64,000 nucleotides of DNA from a virus. Taxonomy: Duplodnaviria; Caudoviricetes. A program made the position numbers and the translations under genes. Where the stretch lies: the IMG/VR virus record IMGVR_UViG_3300020388_000010; one strand, written 5' to 3'. Below are positions 10,114 through 22,400 of the stretch, in pieces. Within the stretch, counting starts at the first letter, position 1. The number at the start of each line of letters is the position of its first letter. Below the pieces are notes generated by a model. That model ran no database searches and had not been told where the DNA came from. It worked only from the letters and a program-made list of their open reading frames with translations.

Positions 10114-10752
10114 AGAGATGGTACTGCACTTATCACAGATGGAGCTGCATCAACAACTTTACTTTCTCAAGCATCGTTAAGAAGTGCTGGTGTAGGTCTT
10201 ATAAAAATTAATACACAAACAGTTTCTGGTGCGGCCACAGTAAATTTTACTGATTTAGACACAACCTCTGGTTCTGCTCTTTATTCAAGTTTTAAAATTG
10301 TTATGGATAATGTTACAGCTGATTCTGATAATGCTGCTTTATTTTATGGAAGATTTGGTATTGGTGCAACACCAACATATAACACATCATCAAACTATAA
10401 TACTGTATTTGTTAATGGATTTTCAAATGTAGCAGGTTTACAACAACAAGGTGCTGGTAGTGCAGCTCAATTTTGGCTTGCGGCTAATGCTTCAAGTGGT
10501 TATTATATGCCTGGTGATACTTTTGAATTTTTAAGTGGAACAATGGATTTATTTAGAATGGGTGATTCAAATCACCCACCACAAACAAATTGGTTTTTAG
10601 GTTATCCGATATCAGGCAATGTACAATCTACTGGATTTGGTACAGCAACATTTGTTGAGAGTTCTGAAATTGTTAACGGAACAGCAGTACAATTATATAT
10701 GAGTACAGGCAACATATCTGGAACATTCACTTTATACGGAGTAACCAAATAA
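10081..10752 (+). CDS. Fibre tip protein, paralogue 2
   Basis: MGTLKVDNLQK..GTA.ITDG N-terminus; ends GNISGTFTLYG. Confidence 0.65.
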   Translation: MGTLKVDNLQKRDGTALITDGAASTTLLSQASLRSAGVGLIKINTQTVSGAATVNFTDLDTTSGSALYSSFKIVMDNVTADSDNAALFYGRFGIGATPTYNTSSNYNTVFVNGFSNVAGLQQQGAGSAAQFWLAANASSGYYMPGDTFEFLSGTMDLFRMGDSNHPPQTNWFLGYPISGNVQSTGFGTATFVESSEIVNGTAVQLYMSTGNISGTFTLYGVTK

Positions 10753-11261
10753 TGGGAACATTAACAGTAGATAATTTAAATGTAAACAGTACAGCTAGTA
10801 TTACTAGTGGAGTAGGAATAGTTCTACAACAAATAACTGGTGCTGTGGTAAAAGCAACTTTTACTTCTTCAATACCAGATGATGATACAACTCCCACAGT
10901 TTCAGAAGGAACAGAAATTTACTCACAAGCAATAACACCGAGTTCTACTTCAAATAAAATTTTTATAACTGGTTCTATTGAGGGTTCAAGTTCTGCTGCT
11001 AATGGGTGGGGTATTACTGTTTTTAGAGGAAGCACTTGTATATTAACTGTTCATCAAACTAATGCTATGGGTGGTGGTCAGCCAAATCAATGTAATATTA
11101 ATGTTTTAGATTCACCTAGTTCAACATCAGCAGTAACATATTCAATTAGAGCTGGTTGTATGGCAGGGTCTTCAGCAATTTATGTACAAAGAAGAAGTTC
11201 AGAAAAATATAATGGAACAATGGCTTTAAATTCCGTAACACTTCAAGAGATAAAAGGTTAG
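10752..11261 (+). CDS. Fibre tip protein, paralogue 3
   Basis: MGTLTVDNL N-terminus; ITPSSTSNKI and LDSPSSTSAVTY motifs shared with 12450 gene. Confidence 0.65.
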   Translation: MGTLTVDNLNVNSTASITSGVGIVLQQITGAVVKATFTSSIPDDDTTPTVSEGTEIYSQAITPSSTSNKIFITGSIEGSSSAANGWGITVFRGSTCILTVHQTNAMGGGQPNQCNINVLDSPSSTSAVTYSIRAGCMAGSSAIYVQRRSSEKYNGTMALNSVTLQEIKG

Positions 11262-11265
11262 TAAT

Positions 11266-11634
11266 ATGAATATAGCAAAATTATTAGAATACTATTGGCC
11301 TGGTTGTTTATGGGAGTTAGTGGGTAATGACCAAACTGATTATAAAAATTTAACTTGGTTAGACAAATCAACAACGAAACCAACAGAATCAGAATTATTA
11401 GCAAAAAAAGATGAGGGTGAACTTCGTGAAGCATTAGATGAAATAAGACCAATAAGAAATAGACTTTTAAGAGAAAGTGATTGGACACAAATGCCAGACA
11501 TAAGTGACTCTAGAATGGATAGTACAACTAAAGGTAAATGGCAAGTGTATAGAGAAGAATTAAGAGATTTAACAAAAGGATTAGATACTGTTGACAAAGT
11601 AAAAAAAGTTACTTGGCCAACAGAACCAAGTTAG
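11266..11634 (+). CDS. Tail fibre assembly chaperone
   Basis: RNRLL.ESDW.Q..D...W..YR.ELRDL......WP..P motif. Confidence 0.8.
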   Translation: MNIAKLLEYYWPGCLWELVGNDQTDYKNLTWLDKSTTKPTESELLAKKDEGELREALDEIRPIRNRLLRESDWTQMPDISDSRMDSTTKGKWQVYREELRDLTKGLDTVDKVKKVTWPTEPS

Positions 11635-11642
11635 GAAAATAA

Positions 11643-12440
11643 ATGGCATATATTGGAAAAGAACCTTCGTTTGGTGCATTTGAGAAAGACATCTTTACTG
11701 GTGATGGTTCAACTACACAATTTACTTTGACTCACACAGTTGCATCTGCAACATCTATGATTGTTTCTTTAGGTGGTGTTATTCAAGAGCCTGGTAGTGC
11801 ATATGATATTGCAATGGTGAGTGGTGTACAAAAAATTAATTTTGCTTCTGCTCCAGCAAACTCTGTAAGATGTTTTGTAGTTTATCTTGGTAGACAACAA
11901 ATAGTTCAAGCAAGAGCAGCCACAGATACAACTCCTACAATAGATACATTTACTGGAGGAAGTGGAACAACTGCATTTACTTTATCTAGAGTTCCTCAAA
12001 ACCCATCATCAACTGTAATTGCATTTGTGAATGGTGTGTTTCAAAAATATACAACAAACTTTTCAATCGCTGGTACAACTATAACTTTTACTTCTGCACC
12101 AGAAACATCTGCTGTCATAGTGGTAGTTCATTTATCAACAACAAACGAAGTTAATTTAGGTTCTCCAGATGATAATTCAGTAGGTACTGCAAAAATTCAA
12201 GACAACGCAGTAACAAATGCAAAAGCAGCTTTCACTTATACATCATCTTATTTTACTGGTGATGGTTCAACAACTGCATTTACAATTACTACTGGACATA
12301 CAGTAAATAGTGTTATAGTTACAGAAAATGGAGTTATGCAAAAACCAACAACCGATTATGGTGTGTCTGGTACAACCTTAACTTTTACAACTGCACCATC
12401 CAATACAGTACAAATTGGTGTTAGATATTTAGTGGTATAG
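11643..12440 (+). CDS. Fibre scaffold protein with three FTG.GSTT.FT repeat domains (MAYIG N-terminus)
   Basis: Three repeats FTGDGSTTQFTL / FTGGSGTTAFTL / FTGDGSTTAFTI, each ending near F..AP. Confidence 0.7.
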   Translation: MAYIGKEPSFGAFEKDIFTGDGSTTQFTLTHTVASATSMIVSLGGVIQEPGSAYDIAMVSGVQKINFASAPANSVRCFVVYLGRQQIVQARAATDTTPTIDTFTGGSGTTAFTLSRVPQNPSSTVIAFVNGVFQKYTTNFSIAGTTITFTSAPETSAVIVVVHLSTTNEVNLGSPDDNSVGTAKIQDNAVTNAKAAFTYTSSYFTGDGSTTAFTITTGHTVNSVIVTENGVMQKPTTDYGVSGTTLTFTTAPSNTVQIGVRYLVV

Positions 12441-12449
12441 GAAAATTAA

Positions 12450-13136
12450 ATGACTACAAGAATTACTACGGCTAATATTACAGATGGAACAATAGAAAAC
12501 ATTGATATAAAAAATGGTGATATTGATATAACATCAAAAATAACTGGTACAATTCCTAGTGCAAATTTAGGGACAATACCAGTATCAAAAGGCGGAACTG
12601 GTTTAACTTCATTAGGAAGTGCTGGACAAGCAATCAAAGTCAACAGTGGTGGAAGTGCATTAGAATTTGGTACTGCTGGTACAGTATTACAAGTTCAATC
12701 ATCATTTAAAGCTGATACAGATAGTACAACATCTACAAGTGATGTTGCGATATCTGGATTATCGTTAACCTTAACTCCAGCATCTACATCTAATAAAGTG
12801 TTAGTGCAATTTGATGTAGGTACTATGGGTAATAATTACAATGCTCATATGTTTTTTACAGTTTACAGAGATATTGCTGGTGGTGGATATAATGCTATTG
12901 GTCTAGGAACTGGTGGTAGTTCATATAATTATGGTGCTGGTTCTTATGCTGCTAATGGATATTATCATACAGTAGGTCATAATTTTTTAGACTCACCAAA
13001 CACTACATCAGAAATAACTTATAAATTATATTTTAGAGGAAGTAGTGGTTCATATACTTATTACATTAATAGAAGAAGTAGTGATGATTTATTTAGAGGG
13101 TCAACAAGTTTAATTTGTATGGAGGTAAAAGGATGA
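12450..13136 (+). CDS. Fibre tip protein
   Basis: PVSKGGTG, GQAIKVNSGGSALEFG joint, TPASTSNKVLV...LDSPNTTS.ITY tip domain. Confidence 0.7.
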   Translation: MTTRITTANITDGTIENIDIKNGDIDITSKITGTIPSANLGTIPVSKGGTGLTSLGSAGQAIKVNSGGSALEFGTAGTVLQVQSSFKADTDSTTSTSDVAISGLSLTLTPASTSNKVLVQFDVGTMGNNYNAHMFFTVYRDIAGGGYNAIGLGTGGSSYNYGAGSYAANGYYHTVGHNFLDSPNTTSEITYKLYFRGSSGSYTYYINRRSSDDLFRGSTSLICMEVKG

Positions 13137-13432
13137 GTTATACTAGACACGAAGCAATCAGAGAATTATATTCTAATGTCGTTACTGTTAGTGATAGTGC
13201 TGGTGCGTTTGATAAAGATGGAAAATTAGTTTCTGTTGATGAAGATAAAGTTAAAACAAAAATGGCAGAACTTAAAACTGCATATGATAAATTACAATAC
13301 CAAAGGGATAGAAAAGATGACTATCCAAGTATAGAAGACCAATTAGATATGCAGTATCACGATTTGATAAATGACACCACAACTTGGAAAGATGCTATTA
13401 AATCTGTCAAAGTTAAATATCCTAAGAAATAA
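13133..13432 (+). CDS. Fibre-associated chaperone-like protein
   Basis: YQRDR...YPSIEDQLDM.YHD......W...I..VK.KYPK motif; start moved to the ATGA overlap at 13133. Confidence 0.65.
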   Translation: MSYTRHEAIRELYSNVVTVSDSAGAFDKDGKLVSVDEDKVKTKMAELKTAYDKLQYQRDRKDDYPSIEDQLDMQYHDLINDTTTWKDAIKSVKVKYPKK

Positions 13433-13454
13433 TAAATAAATAAAAGGAATAAGA

Positions 13455-13622
13455 ATGGTAACTAGAATCACAAAACAATCACCAACTGGTGGTGCAAAGT
13501 TAAAAAGACCAGATGGTTCTACTTATATAGAATTACCAAAAACACCTTTTGATGCAAACAAAGAAGGTGAAACTAGGAAAATTAATGAAACAACTGGTTA
13601 CTTTGGAAAGAAGGTTTCATAA
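13455..13622 (+). CDS. 55-aa small protein beginning MVTRITKQ (not in ORF track)
   Basis: AAGGA RBS, ATG 13455, TAA 13620-13622 abutting the next ATG. Confidence 0.7.
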   Translation: MVTRITKQSPTGGAKLKRPDGSTYIELPKTPFDANKEGETRKINETTGYFGKKVS

Positions 13623-14633
13623 ATGCCAATAAGTAAAATACCCGTAGGTGCAATACAATCTGGAACGATTGGAACTTCTCAAATTGCTGATGATGCTGTC
13701 ACTACTGCAAAGATTTTAAACGATAATGTTACTTCTGCAAAAATTCCAAATGATGCAGTCGGTTCAACAGAAATTTCTTCTAATGCAGTCACTCGTGATG
13801 AGTTACAATCAGCTGCAGTAAATAATATTTCATCAGATTCTATTATTTTAAATTCTACTAATGGTACTGCTGATGCTGGTGATTTTTTAGTTTTAGATGG
13901 AACAGATAATTCTAGTACAAATGCAAATCACAGAATATTATATGATGAAACATTTAACCCATCAACATTTAATGTTAGTGGTACTGCAACAGCAGGAAAT
14001 GCTATTAAAGTGAAGTCAGGCGGTGGGTTTGAATTTGGTGCAGCTGGTGGACTGGTTTTATTAGAAACAAAAACTGTTGCTTCTGGTTCTGCAGCTAATC
14101 AACCCTTTCATTTTCAAAACATATTTTCTTCTACATATAGAAACTATAAAGTAATATACAATGTAAAAGAAACAGAAAGTTCTGCAAATGCTGGTAGTGC
14201 TGGATTGATTGTAAGATTAGGTAATGCTGGTACATTATCAACTGGTACATCATCAACTTGCAAACATTCATTAATGTATTGTCAAGGTGATGCTACTGCT
14301 GATTCTATTGTTTATGGTGATTCTGATGATATATTTGTTTTATGTCAGAACTTTAGTAGTAATGAAGATATGACTACATCTGGAGAGTGTACTTTTATGA
14401 ATATGTTAGATACTGATTTTCAAGGAAGTTGTATATCTAGTACAATGATGCACGGCGAGACAAATTCATATTATTATGAACACGGACTAAATATGATTAT
14501 AAATAAGGCAACAACTTTTACTGATATATCATTTGAAATCAAAGTTACTGGTGGAGGTGGTGGTGGCAATATGGATTCTTCCACAGCTGGATATCCAGTA
14601 TTTGGTGAAGTAAAAGTATATGGAATCATTTAG
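13623..14633 (+). CDS. Fibre protein with IADDAVTTAK repeats, acidic DAGD motif and variable tip
   Basis: 10-residue repeats, LDGTD motif, AIKVK.GGG.EFG joint; architecture shared with 34083 gene. Confidence 0.7.
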   Translation: MPISKIPVGAIQSGTIGTSQIADDAVTTAKILNDNVTSAKIPNDAVGSTEISSNAVTRDELQSAAVNNISSDSIILNSTNGTADAGDFLVLDGTDNSSTNANHRILYDETFNPSTFNVSGTATAGNAIKVKSGGGFEFGAAGGLVLLETKTVASGSAANQPFHFQNIFSSTYRNYKVIYNVKETESSANAGSAGLIVRLGNAGTLSTGTSSTCKHSLMYCQGDATADSIVYGDSDDIFVLCQNFSSNEDMTTSGECTFMNMLDTDFQGSCISSTMMHGETNSYYYEHGLNMIINKATTFTDISFEIKVTGGGGGGNMDSSTAGYPVFGEVKVYGII

Positions 14634-14642
14634 GAGATAAAA

Positions 14643-14936
14643 ATGGCATACACACATAAAATGGTTAATGGTGAAAAAGTACCTTTGACCGATTCAGAAA
14701 TAGAAGAACTTGAAGCAAGAGATGTAGAATGGGCAAAAGGTGCTTACGATAGAGCGATTGCTGGTTTAAGAATGGAAAGAGATAATAAACTTGCACAGTC
14801 AGATTGGATGGCTAACTCTGATGTGACAATGAGTTCTGATTGGAAAACTTATAGACAAGAGTTAAGAGACTTGACTAAAGGTTTAGATACTGAGGACAAA
14901 GTAAATAAAGTTACTTGGCCAAAAGAACCATCATAA
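14643..14936 (+). CDS. Tail fibre assembly chaperone
   Basis: LR.ERD..L..SDW...D......W..YRQELRDL; paralogue of 11266 gene. Confidence 0.8.
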   Translation: MAYTHKMVNGEKVPLTDSEIEELEARDVEWAKGAYDRAIAGLRMERDNKLAQSDWMANSDVTMSSDWKTYRQELRDLTKGLDTEDKVNKVTWPKEPS

Positions 14937-14964
14937 GATGGACTAAATAGTAGAAGGAAATACA

Positions 14965-16482
14965 ATGGCTGCAATTATTACAGAAAAATTTAGACAAACA
15001 AACGCTGCTCAGTTTGAGGAATCATTTTCTGAAACAAACGAAAACTATTATATGTTTGTAGGAAAATCAACTCCTTTTACTAGTGGAACTTCTGGTGGAA
15101 GTGATACTTCTCCACCAAGTCCAGTAGACGATATTACATCAGAGAATTATAGATGGGACTCAATGTTAGGTGCAAATGCGATTGCATCTTCTGATGTATC
15201 AAGAGGTGTTCCTAGAAGAACATATACATCTGGTACTACTTACGATATGTACGAACATAACATTAGTGCAGCTAATCCTTCAAATCAAACTGGTGCAAGT
15301 AATCTTGTTGATTCTACATATTTTTTCATAACTTCAGATTACAGAGTTTACAAAGTTTTATATAACTTAAATTCTTCTGGAGTAAAAATCGCACTTTCAA
15401 CAGAACCTACTTTTACTTCCCCAGTAAAACAATTTGTTGGTGGTTATTATTTACAATATATGTACACATTGACAACCACTCAAGTAGACAAATTTTTAAC
15501 AACTGACTTTATGGCAGTCGCAACAGACTCAACTGTATCATCTGGTGCAGTAACAACAAGTACAGACTCTGCACCTTTTAATGGTGCTCCTATTGATACT
15601 TTCTTGGTAACAAGTCAAGGTAGTGGATATCCAGACGGAACTTATTATGTTAAAGTTGCTGGAGACGGAACTGGTGGAATCTTAAAGGTTGTTGTGAGTT
15701 CAAATGTAATAACAAGATTTGGTGAAACTGGTGTATCATCAGTACAAGCTGGTGGTGCAAATTATACTTTTGCAACAGTAGATTTGGCAGGAACTAATGT
15801 TTATACAAATGCTGGTGCAACATCTTTAATAAGTGGAGGTACTTTATCAACTTGGAATTCAGCTAGTGCTGGAACTATAACTCCAATTATATCACCTCAA
15901 GTTGGTCACGGACACGATGCAGTTGAAGAATTAGGTGGACACTATGTAATTTTAAATACAAAGTTTGAACAAGAAGAAGGTAATGATATTACTGTTGCAA
16001 ACGACTTTAGACAAGTAGGTATTATGAAAAATCCTACTCAATTTAACAGTTCGTCATTATTTACAGCATCTACTGCCAGACAAACATATGCAATTTATAT
16101 TCCTTCACCAAGTGGAGATTTTGATGCAGATGAAAAAATAACTCAAGCAACTACTGGTGCAATCGGTAGAGTCGTTGAATGGGATGCAACAAATAAGATT
16201 TTATATTATCAACAAGAAAGATTTACAAATTATGGTGTTAATACTGCAAGTAACACAGTTTTATTTTCTGGTGCAAATGCAGTATCTGGTGCAGACTCTA
16301 GTGCATCTGGCACTCCATCATCAACTGGTTCTGAAACTGTTGATAGTATCGCATTTTCAAGTGGATATGCAAATCCAGAAATGCACCCAGATAGTGGGGA
16401 CATAATTTATATAGAAAACAGAAGACCTATTTCACGAGCATCTGACCAAACAGAGGATGTTAAAATCATAGTTGAGTTTTAA
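14965..16482 (+). CDS. gp8: Baseplate wedge subunit
   Basis: MAAIITEKFR, YDMY, GHG.DA.EELG, NDFRQVG, SG.IIYIENR.PI.R..DQTED.K...EF. Confidence 0.9.
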   Translation: MAAIITEKFRQTNAAQFEESFSETNENYYMFVGKSTPFTSGTSGGSDTSPPSPVDDITSENYRWDSMLGANAIASSDVSRGVPRRTYTSGTTYDMYEHNISAANPSNQTGASNLVDSTYFFITSDYRVYKVLYNLNSSGVKIALSTEPTFTSPVKQFVGGYYLQYMYTLTTTQVDKFLTTDFMAVATDSTVSSGAVTTSTDSAPFNGAPIDTFLVTSQGSGYPDGTYYVKVAGDGTGGILKVVVSSNVITRFGETGVSSVQAGGANYTFATVDLAGTNVYTNAGATSLISGGTLSTWNSASAGTITPIISPQVGHGHDAVEELGGHYVILNTKFEQEEGNDITVANDFRQVGIMKNPTQFNSSSLFTASTARQTYAIYIPSPSGDFDADEKITQATTGAIGRVVEWDATNKILYYQQERFTNYGVNTASNTVLFSGANAVSGADSSASGTPSSTGSETVDSIAFSSGYANPEMHPDSGDIIYIENRRPISRASDQTEDVKIIVEF

Positions 16483-16484
16483 GA

Positions 16485-19400
16485 ATGGCACAAAAAACAA
16501 ATCTAAATGTATCACCATATTATGATGATTTTGATACAAGTAAAAATTTTCATAAAGTATTATATAGACCTGGCTTTGCAGTACAGGCTAGAGAACTAAC
16601 CACACAACAATCTATACTTCAAAATCAAGTTGAAGAAATGGGTAGAAACATCTTTAAAGAAGGTGCAATTATATCTGGTGGTGAAGTTGGAATGGACAAA
16701 CAGTATTATGCTGTTAAAGTTCAAGGAACATTTAATACCACAGACATTACATCTAATATTTCATCTTATGTAGATAAAGTTATTACTGGTGCAACATCTG
16801 GAGTATCTGCAAAAGTTGTAGGAACTGCAGCTGCAAGTGGTGATGACCCAATCACTTTATTTGTAAAATATTTAAATCCAGATTTAACTGGTGAAACTTT
16901 TGTATTTTCTAATGGTGAAAACTTAACAGCTAACGGTGCAGTCGGTTCATTTATTGCTGGACAAGAATCATTAACTTGTCAATCAACAGATGCAACTGCA
17001 ATAGGTTCAGCAGTAACAGTTGCGGCTGGAACATATTTTGTTAGAGGTATTTTTGTAAATGTTACAGAACAAACATTAGTTTTAGATAAGTATGGAAACA
17101 CACCATCATATAGAATAGGTTTTACAGTTACAGAAGATTTAGTAACTCCAGAAGAAGATAGTACATTATATGATAATGCAACTGGTACATCAAACGAAAA
17201 CGCAGCTGGTGCTCATAGATTAAAAATTTCATTAACACTTTCTAAATTATCTTTAACAGATACTAATGATACAAATTTTGTAGAAATAATGAGAGTAAAT
17301 CTTGGTAATGTTTTATCTGCATCAAGAAATACTGAATATGCAGTATTAGGTGAAACACTTGCAAGAAGAACTTATGACGAATCTGGACACTATATTGTTA
17401 GAGATTTTAAACCAGATGCAAGAGAAACTTTAGCTGATGGTATTAATAATGGAATATTTGAATCTGGTGCTACTACTGATAGTGGAAATACAGCATCTGA
17501 AGATTTACTTACTTTACATCTAACGCCGGGTAAGGCATATGTTGCTGGTTATGAAATAGAAAAAAGTCACCCAACATTTATAGATATTAGAAAACCAAGA
17601 ACAACTGATAATGTTGATAACGCAATCACACCAGTTGAAGTTGGTAATACAATCGTAGTAGAAAATGCATTTGGTTCTCCAGACATATCTCCAGAAACGC
17701 CTGGTTCTATTGATGAACCATTTATGGAAGTTTCACTTCACGATAATTTTACAGCATCTAAAGTAACTGGAACAACTGGTGGGCCAGGAAGAGGAATAGA
17801 AACAGATAGTATTTTAACAGAAGACGGTGGAAAAATTGGTGTTGCAAGAGTAAGAAGTTTTGACTCATCTGCAAACAATTCCACAGTAACTGACTTTTTA
17901 TCAAATAGTGCAGATAATGATTCAACATTTAATCTTGGATTATTTGATATTAAAATGTTTACAGAGATTGATTTTAGTGGAGTAGTAACTTCATCTGAAT
18001 TTGCTGCTGGGGCAAAAATAACTGGTGCAAATTCTGGTGCAACTGGATTTGTTCACTCTGTCAGTTCAGATGCAGTTTATCTTACAAATGTAAATGGTAT
18101 ATTCTCAAGTGGTGAAAAAACAAAATCAAGTGCATCAACTCAATCAGATGAATTCGTACACCAAAATGGTACAACAACAGATTTAACAATTAGTGCAATA
18201 GAGTCATTTGACATTAGTCAAGTCAGACAAGTCTTTATGAATGATGATGATTCTAATCAAGCAAACTTTAGTGCTGATTGTACTATGCAAAATAGATTCA
18301 CTCTTACTGGTACAGTATCTCTTACAAGAAACACAAATACTTTAGTTGGACAAAATACTTTATTTAATACCGAATTAAAAGCTGGTGATGTTTTAGAAGT
18401 TCCAACTGGTGCTGCTAGTGCAACAGAAAAAATTGTTATTGAAAGTGTAACAAATAATACTTCTGCAACTTATTTCTGTATTCAAGGTGGTGCAGTTGTA
18501 AACACATCTAATACTACTCGTTCTAGTGGTACTGCAACATTTACTGCAACTGGAGCGTTCACTGCAACTACTGGTTCAGTATTAAGTGGTTCTGGAAGTA
18601 GAACTGTTGTATTTAAAGACCACGCAGTTAATGGATATAATGGTAAAGCTACTATTACATTTGCATCAAATAATACAGCTACATTTCCAGTAAACTCTGG
18701 TATTACAACTCCAGATACTGCTGGTACTGGTAATTCAGATATAGTTTTAATTTCTACTGATGTAACAAGTGTTGGTGCAATTAGAACAAGAACAAAAATT
18801 AATGATGTAAACAAAAATATTCTTTTAAGAAAAACAGTTAAGAAATATGCAAAAACAATGTTGACTACGGACAACAATGGTGTATCACAAACTTCTTATA
18901 CATTTAAGAAACAATTTATTGTTACATCAAATGCATCTGGACAGATAGTAATAACTGCTGGAACTAACGAAACATTTAATGCACTATCTAATACAAATTA
19001 TGCAATTACTATTTTAGATGATGGTTCTGGTGGGTGTAATGATGGAGATATTATTGATATTGATGATATGACTTCTGCTGTATTGGCTGGTGATTCTAAA
19101 ACTGCAACAATTACTGATACAACTGTTTTCGGAACATCTTCAGATTGTGTAGTTAAAGTGACTGCAACAATTTCAAAAACTACTGCACAACAAAAAAACA
19201 AAACAAACAATCCTGCTCATTTAGTTATTGTAGATAACAATGGTGTAGGTGGTGGTGTACAATATGGTACATCTGCACATCACAAAGAGATTTCTTTAGG
19301 TAGAACTGATGTATATAAAATAAGAGCAATATACGAATCTGCAAACGCATCTACCGACCCATTAGTTCCACAATTTACTGGAACAGTTTCAAGTGGAACA

Positions 19401-22400
19401 TTTACTAAAGGTGAAAGAATAAAAGGTACAACTAGTGGTGCAATAGGTTCTCTTATTAACACAGGCCCAACTACTTTCTTTTATGTTTTATTATCTAATA
19501 AAAACTTTTCAGACGGCGAAACATTTACTGGTTTAACAAGTGGTGCAACTGGTACAACTACTGTTGTTACTGCTAGTGATACAGTAGTAACTAGTAATTA
19601 TGTATTAGATGATGGTATGAGAGATTCATATTATGATATTTCTAGAATAATCAGAAAAACAAATGTTGATGTTCCTATTGGTAAATTATTAATTGTATGC
19701 GACCACTTTACTCACGGTACTGGTGATTTCTTCAATGTAGATTCATATTCAAACATAGATTATAAAGAAATTCCTACATACCTTGCAACAAGAGTAGACA
19801 CAGAACAAAGACAACCTAGAGGTAGATTCCTATTACACGACTCAATAGATTTTAGACCTACTGTTGCAAATGATGATACAATATCTACTGTAACAACATC
19901 ATCACAAAGTTTATCTACTGAAAGAGTAAATGATTATACATTTAACTTTGCACAAAGAAACTTCTCTGCAGCTGGTTCAATAGTTTCAAATATACCACAA
20001 GATAATTCTAACTTCCAATATGATTTAGATTTTTATGTAGGTAGAACAGATAGTGTTTTCTTAACTAAAGATAAACAGTTTGTTGTTAAAGAAGGTTTAG
20101 ATGTTGAAACAGAAATAACAGAACCACCTAAACCATTATCTGAAAATGAAGCTATGAAAATAGTTGATGTATTAATGCAACCTTATGTCAAAGAACCAGA
20201 ACAAGATATATTTTTAAGAATACAAAAAAATAACAGATTTACAATGAGAGATATTGGTCGTTTAGAAAATAGAATAGAACGACTAGAAGATTATACAACT
20301 CTTAACTTATTAGAAGCAGAAACAGAAAACTTCCAAGTATTAGATGCAAACGGATTTGATAGATTTAAATCTGGTTTTGTTGTTGATAATTTTACTGGAC
20401 ATAAAACTGGTGATGTATCTCACCAAGATTATAGTTGTGCAATAGATTATGAAAACAGAACACTAAGACCAAAATACTCTATGAAGAATGTTGCACTTAT
20501 AGAACAAAACGAAGATTCTACTGCAAGAGCAAATGATGGTTATTCTAAAATTGGTGACCAATGTATGCTACCATTTACTTCTGTTGAAACTGTTGGAAAC
20601 AAGTTTGCAACTAGAGTAGAAAGTGCTCAAGCTGCATACTTCTTTGCTTGGGTTGGTGTATTAGAATTAGACCCATCTGGTGATGAATGGTTTGAAGTAA
20701 ATAAACTTCCACAAATTGTAATTAACTTAGAGGGTAACTTTGACCAGATATTACAAGCCGCTGGTGGTGAAGATGCATTAGGTACTATATGGAATGCTTG
20801 GGAAACTATTTCATCTGGTGTTATCGGACAAACTAGTAATGGTTGGGGACGAGGTGGTCTTTGGGAATTAGTTTTAACAGACCAAGTTAGAAATGGTACA
20901 AGAACTTTTGTAACTGAAGTTAATGACCATAAACCTATCGGTAATGAATTAATTAGACAAGATGTAGTTCCATTTATTCGTTCTAGAAATGTTACATTTA
21001 GAGCATCTAAAATGAAACCTAAAACAAGAGTTTATCCTTTCTTTGATAGACAATATATTGGTGATTTTTGTGTTCCAGACGGTGGTAAGCCTGGTGGAAC
21101 ATTAACAACAATCACTTTACCAGAAACTCCAAACTGGACTGCCATAGGTAAAATTAGATTTGGTTACGATAATAACGATACTGCACACGATTATGTTGCA
21201 AAAATTATGAGTTCTGATTCTGAATATGGATTTAATACAGTAGGACAGTTCTCATTACATACAACAATAAACATCTCAAGAAATAGTAATGCATTTTATA
21301 CTTATGACTTTACAACTGCAGCTGAGGGTGTAGTTGGCCCTAACATTCAAGGTGAAAAGTTTTGGAGAATTCAGATTGAAAGAGCAGAAGACCCTATTCA
21401 TACTTGTGCTGGACATAGATTATATGGTGTAGAATTTTTCAATGCAGATGCAACAACTAATATTGATTTAACACAATTCTGTTCTGTTGTACAATTCCAG
21501 AATTTAACAAATCCAAGTGCAACTATTGACGGAATAGTACCACCAGTTGGTGCAGAAACTCCAGGCACTCCTAGAGATTCTGTTCTTCAGATTACATATA
21601 ATTTATTTACTGGAACAAGAACACAGACTCCAGAAAGTGGAACTGTACAAAAACTATTACCGCCAGGTGAAGATGGTAATAATTTCATAACAGGCCCTAC
21701 TGGTTCAATAAGTGGTGTCTTTAGTATTCCAGACCCTAACGCTCCAGGCAACCCAGCATTTAAAACTGGCGAAAGACAATTCAGATTAACATCTTCTAGA
21801 ATTAATGAAGCAGATGATGTCAATTTAGAAGGTGTAGAAACATATGCAGAGGGTATCTATACTGCAAGAGGTTTCTTAAACACTATTGAAGAAACTGTTA
21901 CAAGAACAAGAAACGGACAATTATTCCAAGAGGAAGTTTTTGAATCAAGAAGTTTCCAACATAGAGGTAGAACTTTAATACAGCCATGGGATCCGCTTGC
22001 ACAATCATTTATTGTTGATAGTGTTGGTGGTGAGTTTATTACAAAAGTAGATTTATATTTTCAAGAAAAAGATGAAAGAGTTCCAGTAACTGTTCAAATC
22101 AGAGAGATGAGAGATGGTTATCCAACTGAAAAATTATTACCACTTGCATCTAAAACACTAGAGTCTTCTGAAATATTATTATCAGATAACGCAACTACTG
22201 CTACAACATTTGAATTTGAATCACCAATTTATGTTGCAGACCATAGTGAATATGCATTAGTTATCAAAACAGACTCAAGAGATTATAAACTTTGGATTTC
22301 TAAATTAGGTGATGCAGATATTGATACTGGAACGATTGTTAATGACCAACCATATCTTGGTGTGTTATTTAAATCTCAAAACAATAGAACTTGGAACGCA

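Noticed and set aside
9465-11261. Invertase/shufflon-type tip switching
   Set aside because: All cassettes are on the same strand with their own starts; no inverted repeats or site-specific recombinase seen
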